A stretch of 44,917 nucleotides of DNA. Source: Octopus bimaculoides (Eukaryota). Location: contig NC_068999.1 of the NCBI RefSeq assembly GCF_001194135.2, positions 11,221,360 to 11,266,276 of the forward strand, in the 5' to 3' direction. Position numbers and translations under genes: made by a program. Below are positions 1-12,720 of this stretch, one piece after another; position 1 is the first letter of the stretch, and each line of letters opens with the position of its first letter. The notes under the pieces were generated by a model that was given only the letters and a program-made list of their open reading frames with translations, did no database searches and was not told the origin of the DNA.

Positions 1-175
1 GAGGATGCATACAGAGGATGAAAAAAAAGGAGAAAGAGGATAAGAGAAACTGCTAAGGAGACGGAAAATGAGACAAAGAGATAAAGGCGAAATAGAGGTA
101 GAGAACAAGAAAGAGTGAAGAAGTGAAAAAGAAACAAGGAATAAGAAAGACTGAAAGAGAGGGCAAGAAAGGATG

Positions 176-221
<46 letters not shown>

Positions 222-320
222 AAGAATGAAAAAGATAGAAAGAGAGAGAAAGAGAGAGAAAGAGAGAGACATGCAGACATAAATGTAGACGGATAAACTG
301 AACTGACACGCAAATAAAGA
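1..320. repeat. GA-rich polypurine tract including (GA)n
   Basis: Almost purely A/G on the + strand, with a perfect GA run at about 183-216. Confidence 0.9.
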
Positions 321-1220
321 GAAAGTGTGTGTATGCGTGTGCATGTGTGTATATGTGTGTATATATGTTTGTGCGTTCGCGCCCGTCCGTGTATGTGAGA
401 AAGATAAAGTGACAGAGTCTGTGTGTGACATGGATGAAACAGTAGTGAATGTGATATACGGGGGAGTAATACAGAATGAAATATGCGTGATACGTGTTAT
501 TCAACATGGAGAATATTAATGAAGGCTCTGTGAAAACTAAGAAAGGTTTATCAAAATATAATGAAACAAAATACAATAATATTCATTGTGGAACGACGGA
601 AGGCGTGATAAGCTCTTCAACAGATGAAAATGGAATATATTTTATCACAGCATTTGTTTAATTATTCATATATATATTTTTGTTTCATAATGTAAGATTG
701 AGTGTGTGTATACATGTGTGTATATATTTGTTTATGTGATTGTCATTTTGTGTTTGTATATATGTAACATGATGTATGTGTGTGTGTGTGTGTGTGTGTT
801 TCTTTATGCATTTTGTTTTTTTTTTTAATGCTTTGCATAACTTAGTATTGTTATCATTTTTATTATGTGTTTGTATTTTTGTTTTTGAATTAATTATTTC
901 ATCTCCTCACCTCTCTTTCTTTCATCCATTCCCACTCTATCTATACACTGCAAGGTCCTTGAATGAGTGAACTGAAACCGAACGAACAAACTAATTGAAA
1001 TCGAATGACAACAGTGTTCTAAATTATGGTAATTAAAGATTTTTGCATAAAAACATAACAAGGGAGAATGTGCAAATTCAGTGAAAAAACGTTACTAGTG
1101 ATGATGAAAATAATAATGATAATAATAAAGACATATTAAGAGTTATAATAAAATATTCATAAAATTATTATCATTAATATTATTATTGACAATAATTATA
1201 ATAATAGTAATAAAGATAAT

Positions 1221-1435
1221 CCTTTCTGCTGAAGGCACAAAGCCTTGAAATCTTGGAGGAGGAGGCTAGTCGATTACATCTACCCCAGTGTTCAACTGGT
1301 ACTTAATGAATTGACTCCGAAAGAATGAAAGGCAAAATTGACATCGGCGGAATTTGAAATCAGAACGTAGTGACAGTCGAAACACCATTTGGCATTTCGT
1401 CTAGCGTGTTAGCGATTCTGCCAGATCACCGCCTT
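1221..1435 (-). mobile_element. Octopus-type SINE, near full length, flanked by AAT-rich repeats
   Basis: Reverse complement reads AGGCGGTGATCTGGCAGAATCGCTAACACGC...GTTCTGATTTCAAATTCCGCCGATGTCAATTTTGCCTTTCA...AAGTACCAGTTGAACACTGGGGTAGATGTAATCGACT. It aligns by eye with the copies at 17636, 23237, 23487, 33241 and 38161. Confidence 0.85.
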
Positions 1436-1469
1436 AACAATAATAATAACAATAATAATAATAATAATA
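1436..1469. repeat. (AAT)n microsatellite
   Basis: Direct reading. Confidence 0.9.
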
Positions 1470-1470
1470 G

Positions 1471-1633
1471 TGGCGTATTAAAGCGAGAACTGTTCCTGTT
1501 ATGTGGGTGACCTCAGTATGATAACAAAAACAGATGTCAGAACCATCTTGATAATATCCCAGGAGAACCATGTCTCAGAGAAATCCAGAAGACTGTGTTG
1601 ACAAATACTGCCCATATCCTTAAAAAAACCCTA
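1471..1633 (+). mobile_element. 3' ORF fragment of an R4/Dong-like (restriction-like endonuclease) non-LTR retrotransposon, frameshifted
   Basis: Translation across two frameshifts gives WRIKARTVPV / VGDLSMITK / CQNHLDNIPGEPCLREIQKTVLTNTAHILKKTL. This fits the RLE-LINE C-terminal pattern 'VPV(I)VGALG...IP...EIQK..L..TAHILRK.L'. Confidence 0.75.
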
Positions 1634-1734
1634 CTAATTTTAATCTCTATGTTGTATTACATGAAGATATTTCGATACTGCTCCTGCCATTAACCCTCCC
1701 CGAGCTTTCAGTCATACTGTTAAAGCAGTCGTGA

Positions 1735-1987
1735 CGACAGCTCAGCTTTAGATGGTCGTGAAAAAAGGAAATTATGAATAGGAATACGGGCTGCGTGATA
1801 AGTGATAGCGCTATTTCATTTCCAAATAATTCTGAGAAGTGACGTATATGCATAGCGGAAAAATATAATTAATACTTGCACAGTAGGACGGAAAAAAATG
1901 GAGAATGTTACACAAATGGCGGTGCCCCAGCATGGCCACAGCTCATGAGGTGAAACTAGATAAAATGAAATAAAATGAAATACAAAT
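1735..1987 (+). mobile_element. Retroposon 3' end (LINE 3' UTR or second SINE family) ending in the shared GCGGTGCCCCAGCATGGCCACAG motif and an A-rich tail
   Basis: Motif at 1919-1941, followed by a TAAAATGAAA-repeat tail. The same motif occurs at 5862, 29825 and 37795 on the minus strand with a different upstream body. The 5' boundary is approximate. Confidence 0.6.
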
Positions 1988-2977
1988 AGCAGGACATATA
2001 TATACAACACATATAATAAATAGGAAAATGTATTGTAAATAGACAAACGACATAACATGTACTGAATATACAACCGGACAGGTGACAGACGCAGAGGGTC
2101 ACTAATTCTTCATTAGTTATCAACCAAATGGTATTACTAAGTTTCGCTCCATTACACATATATATTCCTCAAAATAATAGAAGATTAATTAGGGAAACAA
2201 CACTCATATCATGATAAATTTCCAAAATAAAAAAGGGCACAACGCACACATAAATTCATCGCTACTGGAATAAAAACTTAACAGGCAAAACATTGACCAA
2301 TACAAATCAAATTGTATATAACTGTTGACATAAATGCCTAAGGGACAATTTGTTTCTAATTCTGAGAACGTCTGGAATTTTCGAATATGAATTTAGATAC
2401 TTCGTTCTTTCCAAATTCGATATACAACTCTTAAAAGATGGTATGGCAACTCTAAATTAAAAACGAAGAATTTGAACACTGAGGTCTCTTTAATAAAGCA
2501 CATGCACATATGTCGGTTTGTATGCGTGTGTATCTGTATGTGTGTGTATTTGTAATGTGTGTGTATATGTGTTTTTGCGTTTGAGTGTGTGTGTAGGAAC
2601 ATATTTGTTATAATCTCGATACTCATCCGTCTATCACAGCAACTACAACAGTAATAGTATTAGTATTATGATCTCATCATAAACAACTTGTGTTCAACTT
2701 GATTGTCACAGATATGGGCGAAAAATTATTTTTTAAATATGAATTTTTTTTTACATTTTCTATTCTACTTTCGCTACTTTTTGTACATTTTATCATCATT
2801 CTTTCTTTGTATTATTCGTGCTGTCCAATTGCTAGAATAAATGCTTTTGCCATTATAATCCAAATAGCTACAATAACATTTCAGATACACTTGTCTAAAA
2901 AGAATTGCATTACAAATGGTCGAATGGTCTTGCTGTGATTCGCGGGGCCGGAAATGAGAGAACTAGTCAATCGTTAG

Positions 2978-3037
<60 letters not shown>

Positions 3038-4007
3038 ATGTGTGTGTGTGTGTGTGTGTGTGTCAATGTGTGCGTGCGTGTGTGTATGTATATAATATAT
3101 ACATATATAAACTTATAAACATATACATATGTATATGTATACACGCACACACATATATATGTGTATATATGTATGTATATATATATATGCATGTACGTAT
3201 GTTTGTATACATATATGTATATGTATGTGTGCGTATATATATATATATANNNNNNNNNNNNNNNNNNNNNNNNNNNNNNNNNNNNNNNNNNNNNNNNNNN
3301 NNNNNNNNNNNNNNNNNNNNNNNNNNNNNNNNNNNNNNNNNNNNNNNNNNNNNNNNNNNNNNNNNNNNNNNNNNNNNNNNNNNNNNNNNNNNNNNNNNNN
3401 NNNNNNNNNNNNNNNNNNNNNNNNNNNNNNNNNNNNNNNNNNNNNNNNNNNNNNNNNNNNNNNNNNNNNNNNNNNNNNNNNNNNNNNNNNNNNNNNNNNN
3501 NNNNNNNNNNNNNNNNNNNNNNNNNNNNNNNNNNNNNNNNNNNNNNNNNNNNNNNNNNNNNNNNNNNNNNNNNNNNNNNNNNNNNNNNNNNNNNNNNNNN
3601 NNNNNNNNNNNNNNNNNNNNNNNNNNNNNNNNNNNNNNNNNNNNNNNNNNNNNNNNNNNNNNNNNNNNNNNNNNNNNNNNNNNNNNNNNNNNNNNNNNNN
3701 NNNNNNNNNTGTGTGTGTGTGTCAATGTGTGCGTGCGTGTGTGTATGTATATAATATATACATATATGTATATATCATACTATATTTCCTATTTATTAGT
3801 GTTTTTCTTTGTTATGGAGAATTTTTCTTTTTGCAATTTTCGTATTCATTTTTAAAAGAAAATTATTGTTTTCGTTTTTTTCTTCGTATCATTCTTCTCC
3901 TTTTGTCCTAAAGTTGTTTCCACATGAATGCAAAGAAAGCCACAATAATACAAATAAACACATACACACACATACATATACACAACATACACAAAGAGGC
4001 AAAAATA

Positions 4008-4575
4008 TTGGGAGTATCCACAAGAAAACGGAATTTTACAATATTATTCTATTCACTTAGTTTTACATGTTTACATTATAATCGAATTCGAAATTTTCTC
4101 CGTCTGAAGCAATGCATCGTAGCAGACGTTTTTTTGCACTTTTGGAATCAGTGGTGGAACGCTTGAGAAGTGATACTTTTAACATCCTCGGCGTTTGTTT
4201 CTTTAGCGCTTCCACATTTTTAAATTCCGTAGTAACAGCTTTCGTCACCAGTATTGACCTTCGAAAAACGGTCCTGATCAACTTCCTCTTGTTTTTTTCA
4301 GTTCACGACAAGCAATCATTCGTGACTGCTTTTAATCTCCTGTTAGAAAGCGAGGGACACATTTTGATGCAACTCTTTTCATTCGCATTTCATCGTTCAT
4401 AATTACTTGGCAGGAGTCCCAGGACACACCACAGTTGCTCAGTGACTGTCCTTCAAGGTCAGTTCATAAATTTTCGTAATGTATTCAGTACTTCGGATGT
4501 CGACCGTCGCCCTGGATAACGTTCGTCTTCAAGCGACAAGTGACCATTCTTAAAGGATAAAAACCACACAACCTT
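4008..4575 (-). mobile_element. Mariner-family DNA transposon, degraded and internally deleted
   Basis: Minus-strand translation with stops and frameshifts: WFLSFKNGHLSLEDERYPGRRSTS (SLED..R.GRP HTH region), MRMKRVASKCVPRFLT (WVPHEL-equivalent), VNTGDESCYYG (first catalytic D), and C-terminal KKRLLRCIASDGENFEFD (RW..CI..G.YFE). TIR-like GGAGTATCCACAAGAAAACGGAATTT at 4011, after TA at 4006-4007. Confidence 0.85.
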
Positions 4576-5839
4576 ATATATATATACATATATATNNNNN
4601 NNNNNNNNNNNNNNNNNNNNNNNNNNNNNNNNNNNNNNNNNNNNNNNNNNNNNNNNNNNNNNNNNNNNNNNNNNNNNNNNNNNNNNNNNNNNNNNNNNNN
4701 NNNNNNNNNNNNNNNNNNNNNNNNNNNNNNNNNNNNNNNNNNNNNNNNNNNNNNNNNNNNNNNNNNNNNNNNNNNNNNNNNNNNNNNNNNNNNNNNNNNN
4801 NNNNNNNNNNNNNNNNNNNNNNNNNNNNNNNNNNNNNNNNNNNNNNNNNNNNNNNNNNNNNNNNNNNNNNNNNNNNNNNNNNNNNNNNNNNNNNNNNNNN
4901 NNNNNNNNNNNNNNNNNNNNNNNNNNNNNNNNNNNNNNNNNNNNNNNNNNNNNNNNNNNNNNNNNNNNNNNNNNNNNNNNNNNNNNNNNNNNNNNNNNNN
5001 NNNNNNNNNNNNNNNNNNNNNNNNNNNNNNNNNNTCAGAATATATATATATATAGTGAGTATTTATAAAAAAGCAAAACGCGAAGACGGGTATGTAAATA
5101 TACATACATATTCAAATATATACACACACACATATACACACATACACACACATACACACAGATAAGCATTCGTTCACTTCCACACTTATGGATGGAAATG
5201 GACTAATGCAGTTGCACACATGCATACATACAATTTAATGAAGTCATACATATATGCACTCACGTTTATGCAAAAATAAAATAGAACAGTTACACTCGCA
5301 GACACACTATAGTATGTATACATACAACAAAACACTCCCACAAATACGAACACACGCACAACGACACACACACAAGAACACGCACTCATACACACACACA
5401 CATACACATGTGGTACGTATACTTAGAATAATACACGGACCCATTCACTTACTGCGTCTTTCTGCAACAGATTCTGTTTAGTATGCACTAAAGTGGCTTG
5501 CAATGCGGCAGGAGAAGAATTATTTAACCGATTATCTTAGCATCAGAAAATTATATTTAGTAGCAAAGAATATTCTCTGAACCAAAATAGAAATAAACAC
5601 TAACATACTCAATTAGATATTAATTTTCTCTTCGCTTAATTAACATTTGTTTGTTTATATTTTTTTTGTTTCTGAAAATTGTTCTTTCTACGAACACGTC
5701 ACGACTGTGTATTCTAGCAACAGTAAGCAATTTTATTTACAAGTGAACAATGGTGGTGACGCAATTTCCTCTTAAACAATATTGTTTTGTTAGGTTGGAA
5801 ACAAAGTCTTGTCGCATATACAGATGATTATTTTTGTCT

Positions 5840-6096
5840 TTTACTTGCCTCTATCAGGAGACTGCGGCCATGTTGGGGCACTGCTTTAAGGATTTTTTAG
5901 CTGAATGTATCGACACCATTATGTAATTTTTTTTAAAGCCTGGTACTTACTCTATCGGTAAAATTTGCCGGACCGTTAAGTTACGCGGCTGCCAGGCAAT
6001 GGTGCGGGAAAACACAGACACACACACAAGCACACTGACGCTCACATACATACATATATACATATATATTTATACATACATGCATACATACATACA

Positions 6097-6144
<48 letters not shown>

Positions 6145-6300
6145 CACACACATATATACATACATAAATACATACACACATACATACATGCATGCATACT
6201 TACGTACGTAGGTACGTACGTACGGACATACATGCATACATACATGCATGTAACGGAGTTCTTGTAGTTTCCGTCTACCAAATTCACTCACAAGGCTCTT
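5840..6300 (-). mobile_element. Octopus-type SINE with an internal TA/TG/TATG microsatellite, 5'-truncated
   Basis: Minus strand: GCCTTGTGAGTGAATTTGGTAGACGGAAACT, then a microsatellite, then GTGTCTGTGTTT...TAACTTAACGGTCCGGCAAA...GATAGAGTAAGTACCAGGC...GCAGTGCCCCAACATGGCCGCAGTC. Confidence 0.8.
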
Positions 6301-7069
6301 GAAAACTACGCCATATTATTGAACCTGTAAGAATGAATTACAAAATATTAGGAGTCGTGAACTTGAAATGCTGGTCGCCAAAAGATATTGCGATGGATTT
6401 TGTACAACCCTTTAATGATCTTGTCAATTCACTCCCCTTAAAAACACCGAATCTGTCATCACTAAAAAGAGGAAAGAACACTTCATCTTACTCGGAGTTG
6501 AAATTGTAGCGGAGAAACAAGGAAATTACTGTAATATTCTTTAGCCACCATCCTAAGGATTCTGCTGTTTCTATAAAATAATAGCGAGTAGAAATATTAC
6601 TTGGTTGGCTGTTCTTTTCTTTTGTTTTTTTCCAATGAAACTTTACGTGTATATTATACCAAATACATTATTAAGTCAATGGAAATTATCTCCAGAGAAT
6701 TGTAATGAAATACATATACATAAACGTACATATCGTTGTCTGTGATATCTATAGAACTTTCGCTTTTCATTACCGTTTCACTACCGAGCACCCTCTGTGT
6801 GCCTTGAGTATGTGCTGTAGTTTTTATTGGTGTTATTATATTCATTGCTTTCAAAATGCTTTACATTGGATGCGTAGTCCTGGTGTATTGTTAATTATTT
6901 GTCTGTGTTATTTAATTATAACTCTTGCACCTTTGTTTGTTTTCACGCTCGACATTCGGTTCATCTCCATATCTCCGTATCTTTGTATTTTGACAGTTTC
7001 TCCGTTGTCATCTGCAAGGATTGATATGGCAATTAGAAGGCATTTTAGTTCATGGTGGTCTCTGAAAAG

Positions 7070-7195
7070 GCCGAGGTCGAATTTGTTGTTGGTCTTTTCA
7101 GGATCGATAAAATAAGTACCAGTTGAGCACAGGAGTCGCATGATTCGACTTACCCCTACCCCTAATTTGCTGGTTTTGTGCCAAAATTTGAAACC
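7070..7195 (+). mobile_element. SINE 3' half fragment
   Basis: GCCGAGGTCGA...GATCGATAAAATAAGTACCAGTTGAGCAC...TTGTGCCAAAATTTGAAACC; same family as 1221-1435. Confidence 0.75.
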
Positions 7196-7222
7196 TTGCA
7201 GGCATATGCAGACAATAAAAGT

Positions 7223-7226
<4 letters not shown>

Positions 7227-7294
<68 letters not shown>
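7227..7294. repeat. (GA)n microsatellite
   Basis: Perfect GA run, about 34 units. Confidence 0.95.
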
Positions 7295-7298
<4 letters not shown>

Positions 7299-7439
7299 TA
7301 TGTATAAGTGTGTACAATTATATAGGTGAAATATATCTATAAATGCATGTACATATGTATTAAATTCAATAAAGAATACTATGAAGGTACTAATAACTAC
7401 GTAGAATTGATATTTGTGAACAGGCGAATGTGTATATGT

Positions 7440-7482
<43 letters not shown>

Positions 7483-7919
7483 TGTGTGTGTGCTTGCGCA
7501 TTCCTACATGTCTCTATTCGTACTTACAAGTGTAATATAGTAATATACACGCAGGGACAATCGGTTTACGTAGATTGATAGAGGGCTATGCACCGACACA
7601 TCGGACGCGTGTATGCGTGTTAGCTACTTCACCATACGGTAAAAATTTATAAACACATACACATACACACACAGTTTTCGCTTCTGTTAACAGCTAGGCA
7701 TTCAGGTGAGTATACTGGGATAGGTGTAGCAACATTTGAAATATTGTCCAGGTAAATCTAGCTGAAGAACACTAATCAGATTAACGATAACAAACGTATT
7801 TTAAGAGTCTGAAATCTAGGTACTAGATTAACCGATTCCGGGTAGTCCATTTATCTAATGTCCTTCCCAGAGCTAAGAAAAAACAACAAAGTGAGGACGT
7901 GATATGGATAGTATTATTG

Positions 7920-7976
7920 GACGCTCAGGAAAGGAAAGAGAGAGTGTATGACGTTTCGGGCGTAGCCCTTCGTCGG
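7920..7976 (-). ncRNA. Hammerhead-ribozyme-like motif (variant core) of the type associated with Penelope-like elements
   Basis: Minus strand: CCGACGA-A-GGGC(TAC)GCCC-GAAA-CGTCA...TGA(G)CG-TC. It has a core variant, stem II, GAAA, stem III and a GUC triplet. Stem I pairing is poor. Confidence 0.5.
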
Positions 7977-9169
7977 AAAGATGGAAAGTTCGGAGAATGG
8001 AAGAACGGAGAAAGAGGAAAATGGTACCGATGCCCACGAGGTTACATGATATNNNNNNNNNNNNNNNNNNNNNNNNNNNNNNNNNNNNNNNNNNNNNNNN
8101 NNNNNNNNNNNNNNNNNNNNNNNNNNNNNNNNNNNNNNNNNNNNNNNNNNNNNNNNNNNNNNNNNNNNNNNNNNNNNNNNNNNNNNNNNNNNNNNNNNNN
8201 NNNNNNNNNNNNNNNNNNNNNNNNNNNNNNNNNNNNNNNNNNNNNNNNNNNNNNNNNNNNNNNNNNNNNNNNNNNNNNNNNNNNNNNNNNNNNNNNNNNN
8301 NNNNNNNNNNNNNNNNNNNNNNNNNNNNNNNNNNNNNNNNNNNNNNNNNNNNNNNNNNNNNNNNNNNNNNNNNNNNNNNNNNNNNNNNNNNNNNNNNNNN
8401 TATATATATATATATGCATGTATATACATACGTCTTAGTTATTTTTGTTTTCTACATTTTTCCTTTCACTGCACACTTTCTAATTACAAATTTCCATATC
8501 TATTCCCATAATTATGGACAGATACATTGTCAATCACATAGGCATGAACTCAGATACAAGCGCGCGCACACATACATACACACGTGTATATACTTATATA
8601 TATATACATATACATATATATATGTGAGTATGTGTGTGTATATATATTTATGCTTATCACTATACATATTTTATAAGTATGGCTAGATACTTATGAATGT
8701 ATGTGTCAGTCTATTGGTAGGTATAGATGCATTCTTGAATATCTACATACTATTCTATGCATGTGTGAATTCATTTTCTTTTACGAAAACTTCGACCAGA
8801 TATCTACGAGAAACCCGTTAGCTGCCTTTCTACTTAGGTAAAGGTTTTATAAGATATGCAAGGAAGATTAGTGCCAGGAACCATATGCATTTTTAATTAT
8901 AGGAAGTTCTACAGAAGATTAGGTACCTGATATGAGCTGATATGGAATAATAATCGCATAAAATGTTTCTTGAAGAGTGTTAAACTCAAGAGTACCGTAT
9001 GAATCAAGATGGACGTTTGATAAACAAGGCGATTTCCGTTTTGTTCGCATTTCATTTTCAGGGATTTATCTACGTATATCCTTCATTATAAGATACCGCT
9101 ATGTTCTTCTTCTATTGGTGTTATTAATACTGTTGTTTTGGTTTCTGCATTTGTTGTTGCTTAATGCTG

Positions 9170-9440
9170 TTACTGCAGTATTTGTTGCTGTTGTTGCTGT
9201 TGTTCTTCTTCTTCCTCTTGTTCATGTTGTTAATGCATGCGATGAGATTCTAATGATGTTGTTGCTGTTATCTTTAGTATTGTACTTACTACTCTTCTTC
9301 TTCTTCTTCTTCTTTTGTATTATCATTATTATTGTTGTTGTTATTATTGTTATTATTATCTTCATTATTATTATTATTATTATAATTATTATTATCAGTA
9401 GTAGTAGTAGTAGTAGTAGTAGAGTTAGAGGTAGTAGTAG
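9170..9440. repeat. Compound trinucleotide microsatellite (GTT/CTT/ATT/AGT)
   Basis: Direct reading; accounts for ORF 8977-9459. Confidence 0.9.
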
Positions 9441-9775
9441 TTTGAGAGCAATCTTGTAAGTAAGTCAGTAAGTAAATGCCTTATGAATGTGCATTACATC
9501 CATTTATTATGTTAATGATACGGTAAATGTGTTGACGAAAGCACATTCTATATCATGGCATCAAATTGCATTGATTTAAAATTCAGTAATTCGCTGCACT
9601 TCTCTGTTTTTTTTGTTGTTTTTTTTCCCTCTTTTATACACAACAACCGCGGCATTCGTCTACTGAACGGCTGCAAACAAAATCTATTCCTATTATGCAT
9701 GAATGTGCCTAATATACCTACCTGTATATGTATGTAGAATGTATGTATCTCTCTACCTCCCCCTTTCTCTCTCCC

Positions 9776-9832
<57 letters not shown>

Positions 9833-9837
<5 letters not shown>

Positions 9838-9911
9838 GACGCTCACCAAAGTGGCACGCAGTGAGACTGAACCAGGAACCATATGCCTGGTAAGGAAGCT
9901 ACTTACCACAC
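9833..9911 (-). mobile_element. tRNA-derived head fragment of the SINE family seen at 5840-6300
   Basis: Minus strand: GTGTGGTAAGTAGCTTCCTTACCAGGCATATGGTTCCTGGTTCAGTCTCACTGCGTGCCACTTTGG, with A-box-like and B-box-like (GGTTCAGTC) motifs. Confidence 0.7.
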
Positions 9912-10064
9912 TATGTTTTTGTTTCTTATGTTCTCGTTTCTTATTCTGTCTACGTGTTATTGATGTCCTGTACATATGTATGCATGTACATATGTATGCA
10001 TATATGTAGGTATGCACATATATGCATGTATATATGCATATATTTGTATATTATTTATATTATA

Positions 10065-10096
<32 letters not shown>

Positions 10097-10215
10097 ATCT
10101 TTCTATGTATATATAAAACATAGAAATACGCTTATTTATACAGGTAAACGTGCACATATGCGCATACACACGCACACACGCACACACACACATACACACA
10201 CATACACCCCCCCCC

Positions 10216-10261
<46 letters not shown>

Positions 10262-11149
10262 GGAAGTAAAGTGGATGCTATCGCCTACATAAGAGTCGGC
10301 ATTGTCGGAAGTGTCGGCACAGAAGTTGTGGGATTATAAAAGCGATTGTGTGCGCAAGGACGAGTCAAAAATATCTCCATCAACAGGAGATTCAAATGTA
10401 AGACACGAACAAAATAATCGTTGAATCCTTGACATTCAATACGGCTTTAACCGACGTTCCTGATAGCAAAAGTCTCACTGAAGTATGTATGGGGGATTTT
10501 ACTGTCATAATCTTTAACAAAAACATAATGTAAGACATTAAGGAGCAAAATAACCCTGTTCTTTTGTAGACTAACGACCTTATTGGCCCTCTTCCTTACC
10601 TCTCGATATTAACAGTGCTAGAAATATTTGTCTGGTAGGGAAGCAAAATTTGTTAATACTGGAAGTGGAAATTTTCCGCTACATCTCTCTGAGGATGTAA
10701 CGAGACAGAGAAAGAAGGAAAAAGAGAGACTAGTAAGTTTAAAATATTTGACGAGTTTTATCACTGATCAACAATGAGAATAAAGGAAGGACGGGGACCA
10801 GACCCAGGGACCTTGTTGACTTTTTCCTTCGACTAAGTATTCAGTACATTGCAGTACATTATTTATCCAACTGTGGTAATAGTTGAGATTTTAAAAAATT
10901 ACTACAAATCCCAACGTAATGTTGCATATATATTAACATAAATCTCTCTCCACGAACTTATCAATTTATTAAAAGATTATGGCTTATATATCGGTGTATA
11001 TACGTAGTAAACTCTTATACGCACAAGCATAGGTGTATGTATATGTCAGTGTGCGTGTGTGTATGTTTGAAAGAAAGGCGGTGTGCGCGTACGTAACTGC
11101 GAACGTAAATATATATGTATGGACATATGTATGATTGTAAATATGTATG

Positions 11150-11186
<37 letters not shown>

Positions 11187-11741
11187 NNNNNNNNNNNNNN
11201 NNNNNNNNNNNNNNNNNNNNNNNNNNNNNNNNNNNNNNNNNNNNNNNNNNNNNNNNNNNNNNNNNNNNNNNNNNNNNNNNNNNNNNNNNNNNNNNNNNNN
11301 NNNNNNNNNNNNNNNNNNNNNNNNNNNNNNNNNNNNNNNNNNNNNNNNNNNNNNNNNNNNNNNNNNNNNNNNNNNNNNNNNNNNNNNNNNNNNNNNNNNN
11401 NNNNNNNNNNNNNNNNNNNNNNNNNNNNNNNNNNNNNNNNNNNNNNNNNNNNNNNNNNNNNNNNNNNNNNNNNNNNNNNNNNNNNNNNNNNNNNNNNNNN
11501 NNNNNNNNNNNNNNNNNNNNNNNNNNNNNNNNNNNNNNNNNNNNNNNNNNNNNNNNNNNNNNNNNNNNNNNNNNNNNNNNNNNNNNNNNNNNNNNNNNNN
11601 NNNNNNNNNNNNNNNNNNNNNNNNNNNNNNNNNNNNNNNNNNNNNNNNNNNNNNNNNNNNNNNNNNNNNNNNNNNNNNNNNNNNNNNNNNNNNNNNNNNN
11701 NNNNNNNNNNNNNNNNNNNNNNNNNNNNNNNNNNNNNNNNN

Positions 11742-11775
<34 letters not shown>

Positions 11776-12684
11776 TGTATGCGTTTATGTATATTGATAA
11801 TTTTATCGCAGTATATCACCATCTTTGAAGTATATTCATATACGGGTGCGTAAGTCGGGGGTTAAATAATAAAGTGCGCATGATCAACTGTCAGCTAATA
11901 ATTTTATGTGTTTACACACGCAATATCATACAAGTATGCCTACATACACAATAATGACAACACATTCATTTCATTACACACACACTCCTACACTCGCAAA
12001 TACACACAACACACACACATACACATATACACATAAATATATATATATATGGCAATATAAATTAACGCAATATTCTTACATATATGTATATGAAACATAC
12101 CTACCATCTTACATACATATAAAAGCAATCAATCGCATAGCAGAGATACTCGCATAATTTAAATTATATATTTCAATATATTTTTGTCACTTTCTTTTTT
12201 TTTTTTTTCCTAAAATTATTGCAAAATATCTCAACCACCCGCATCTCTGAACAAGATCATATTCACAGATATAAGCATATATACATATATTTATATATAT
12301 ATATATATGTATAAATTTATAGATACATTTCAGCTATCACTTTTTTGATGTACATCACTGAAGATCAATACCCAAGAGTGTTAGAAATATATTCAAATGA
12401 ATACAAGACGTGTTACAAAATTTTCTTGTCAGTGTTAATGAACTGTGGAAAAATGTGTTAAGCACGAAATTGTCCTATTAGAACCTAGATCTTCATCTCG
12501 TTTACGATTATCATCTTGTAACTACATATATTAAACTTTTTCTCCTTCTTAAAGATTACCCCCATACACTCTCACATGGACAGAGACATATATACAGAGG
12601 CAAATATTAGCGTCGTCAGATCACATATATGTATGTGCATATATCTATACATATATATACACACACATATACACAGGCCCCAGC

Positions 12685-12720
<36 letters not shown>

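Noticed and set aside
8977-9459. 160-aa hydrophobic ORF resembling a membrane protein
   Set aside because: The hydrophobicity comes from GTT/CTT/ATT repeats.
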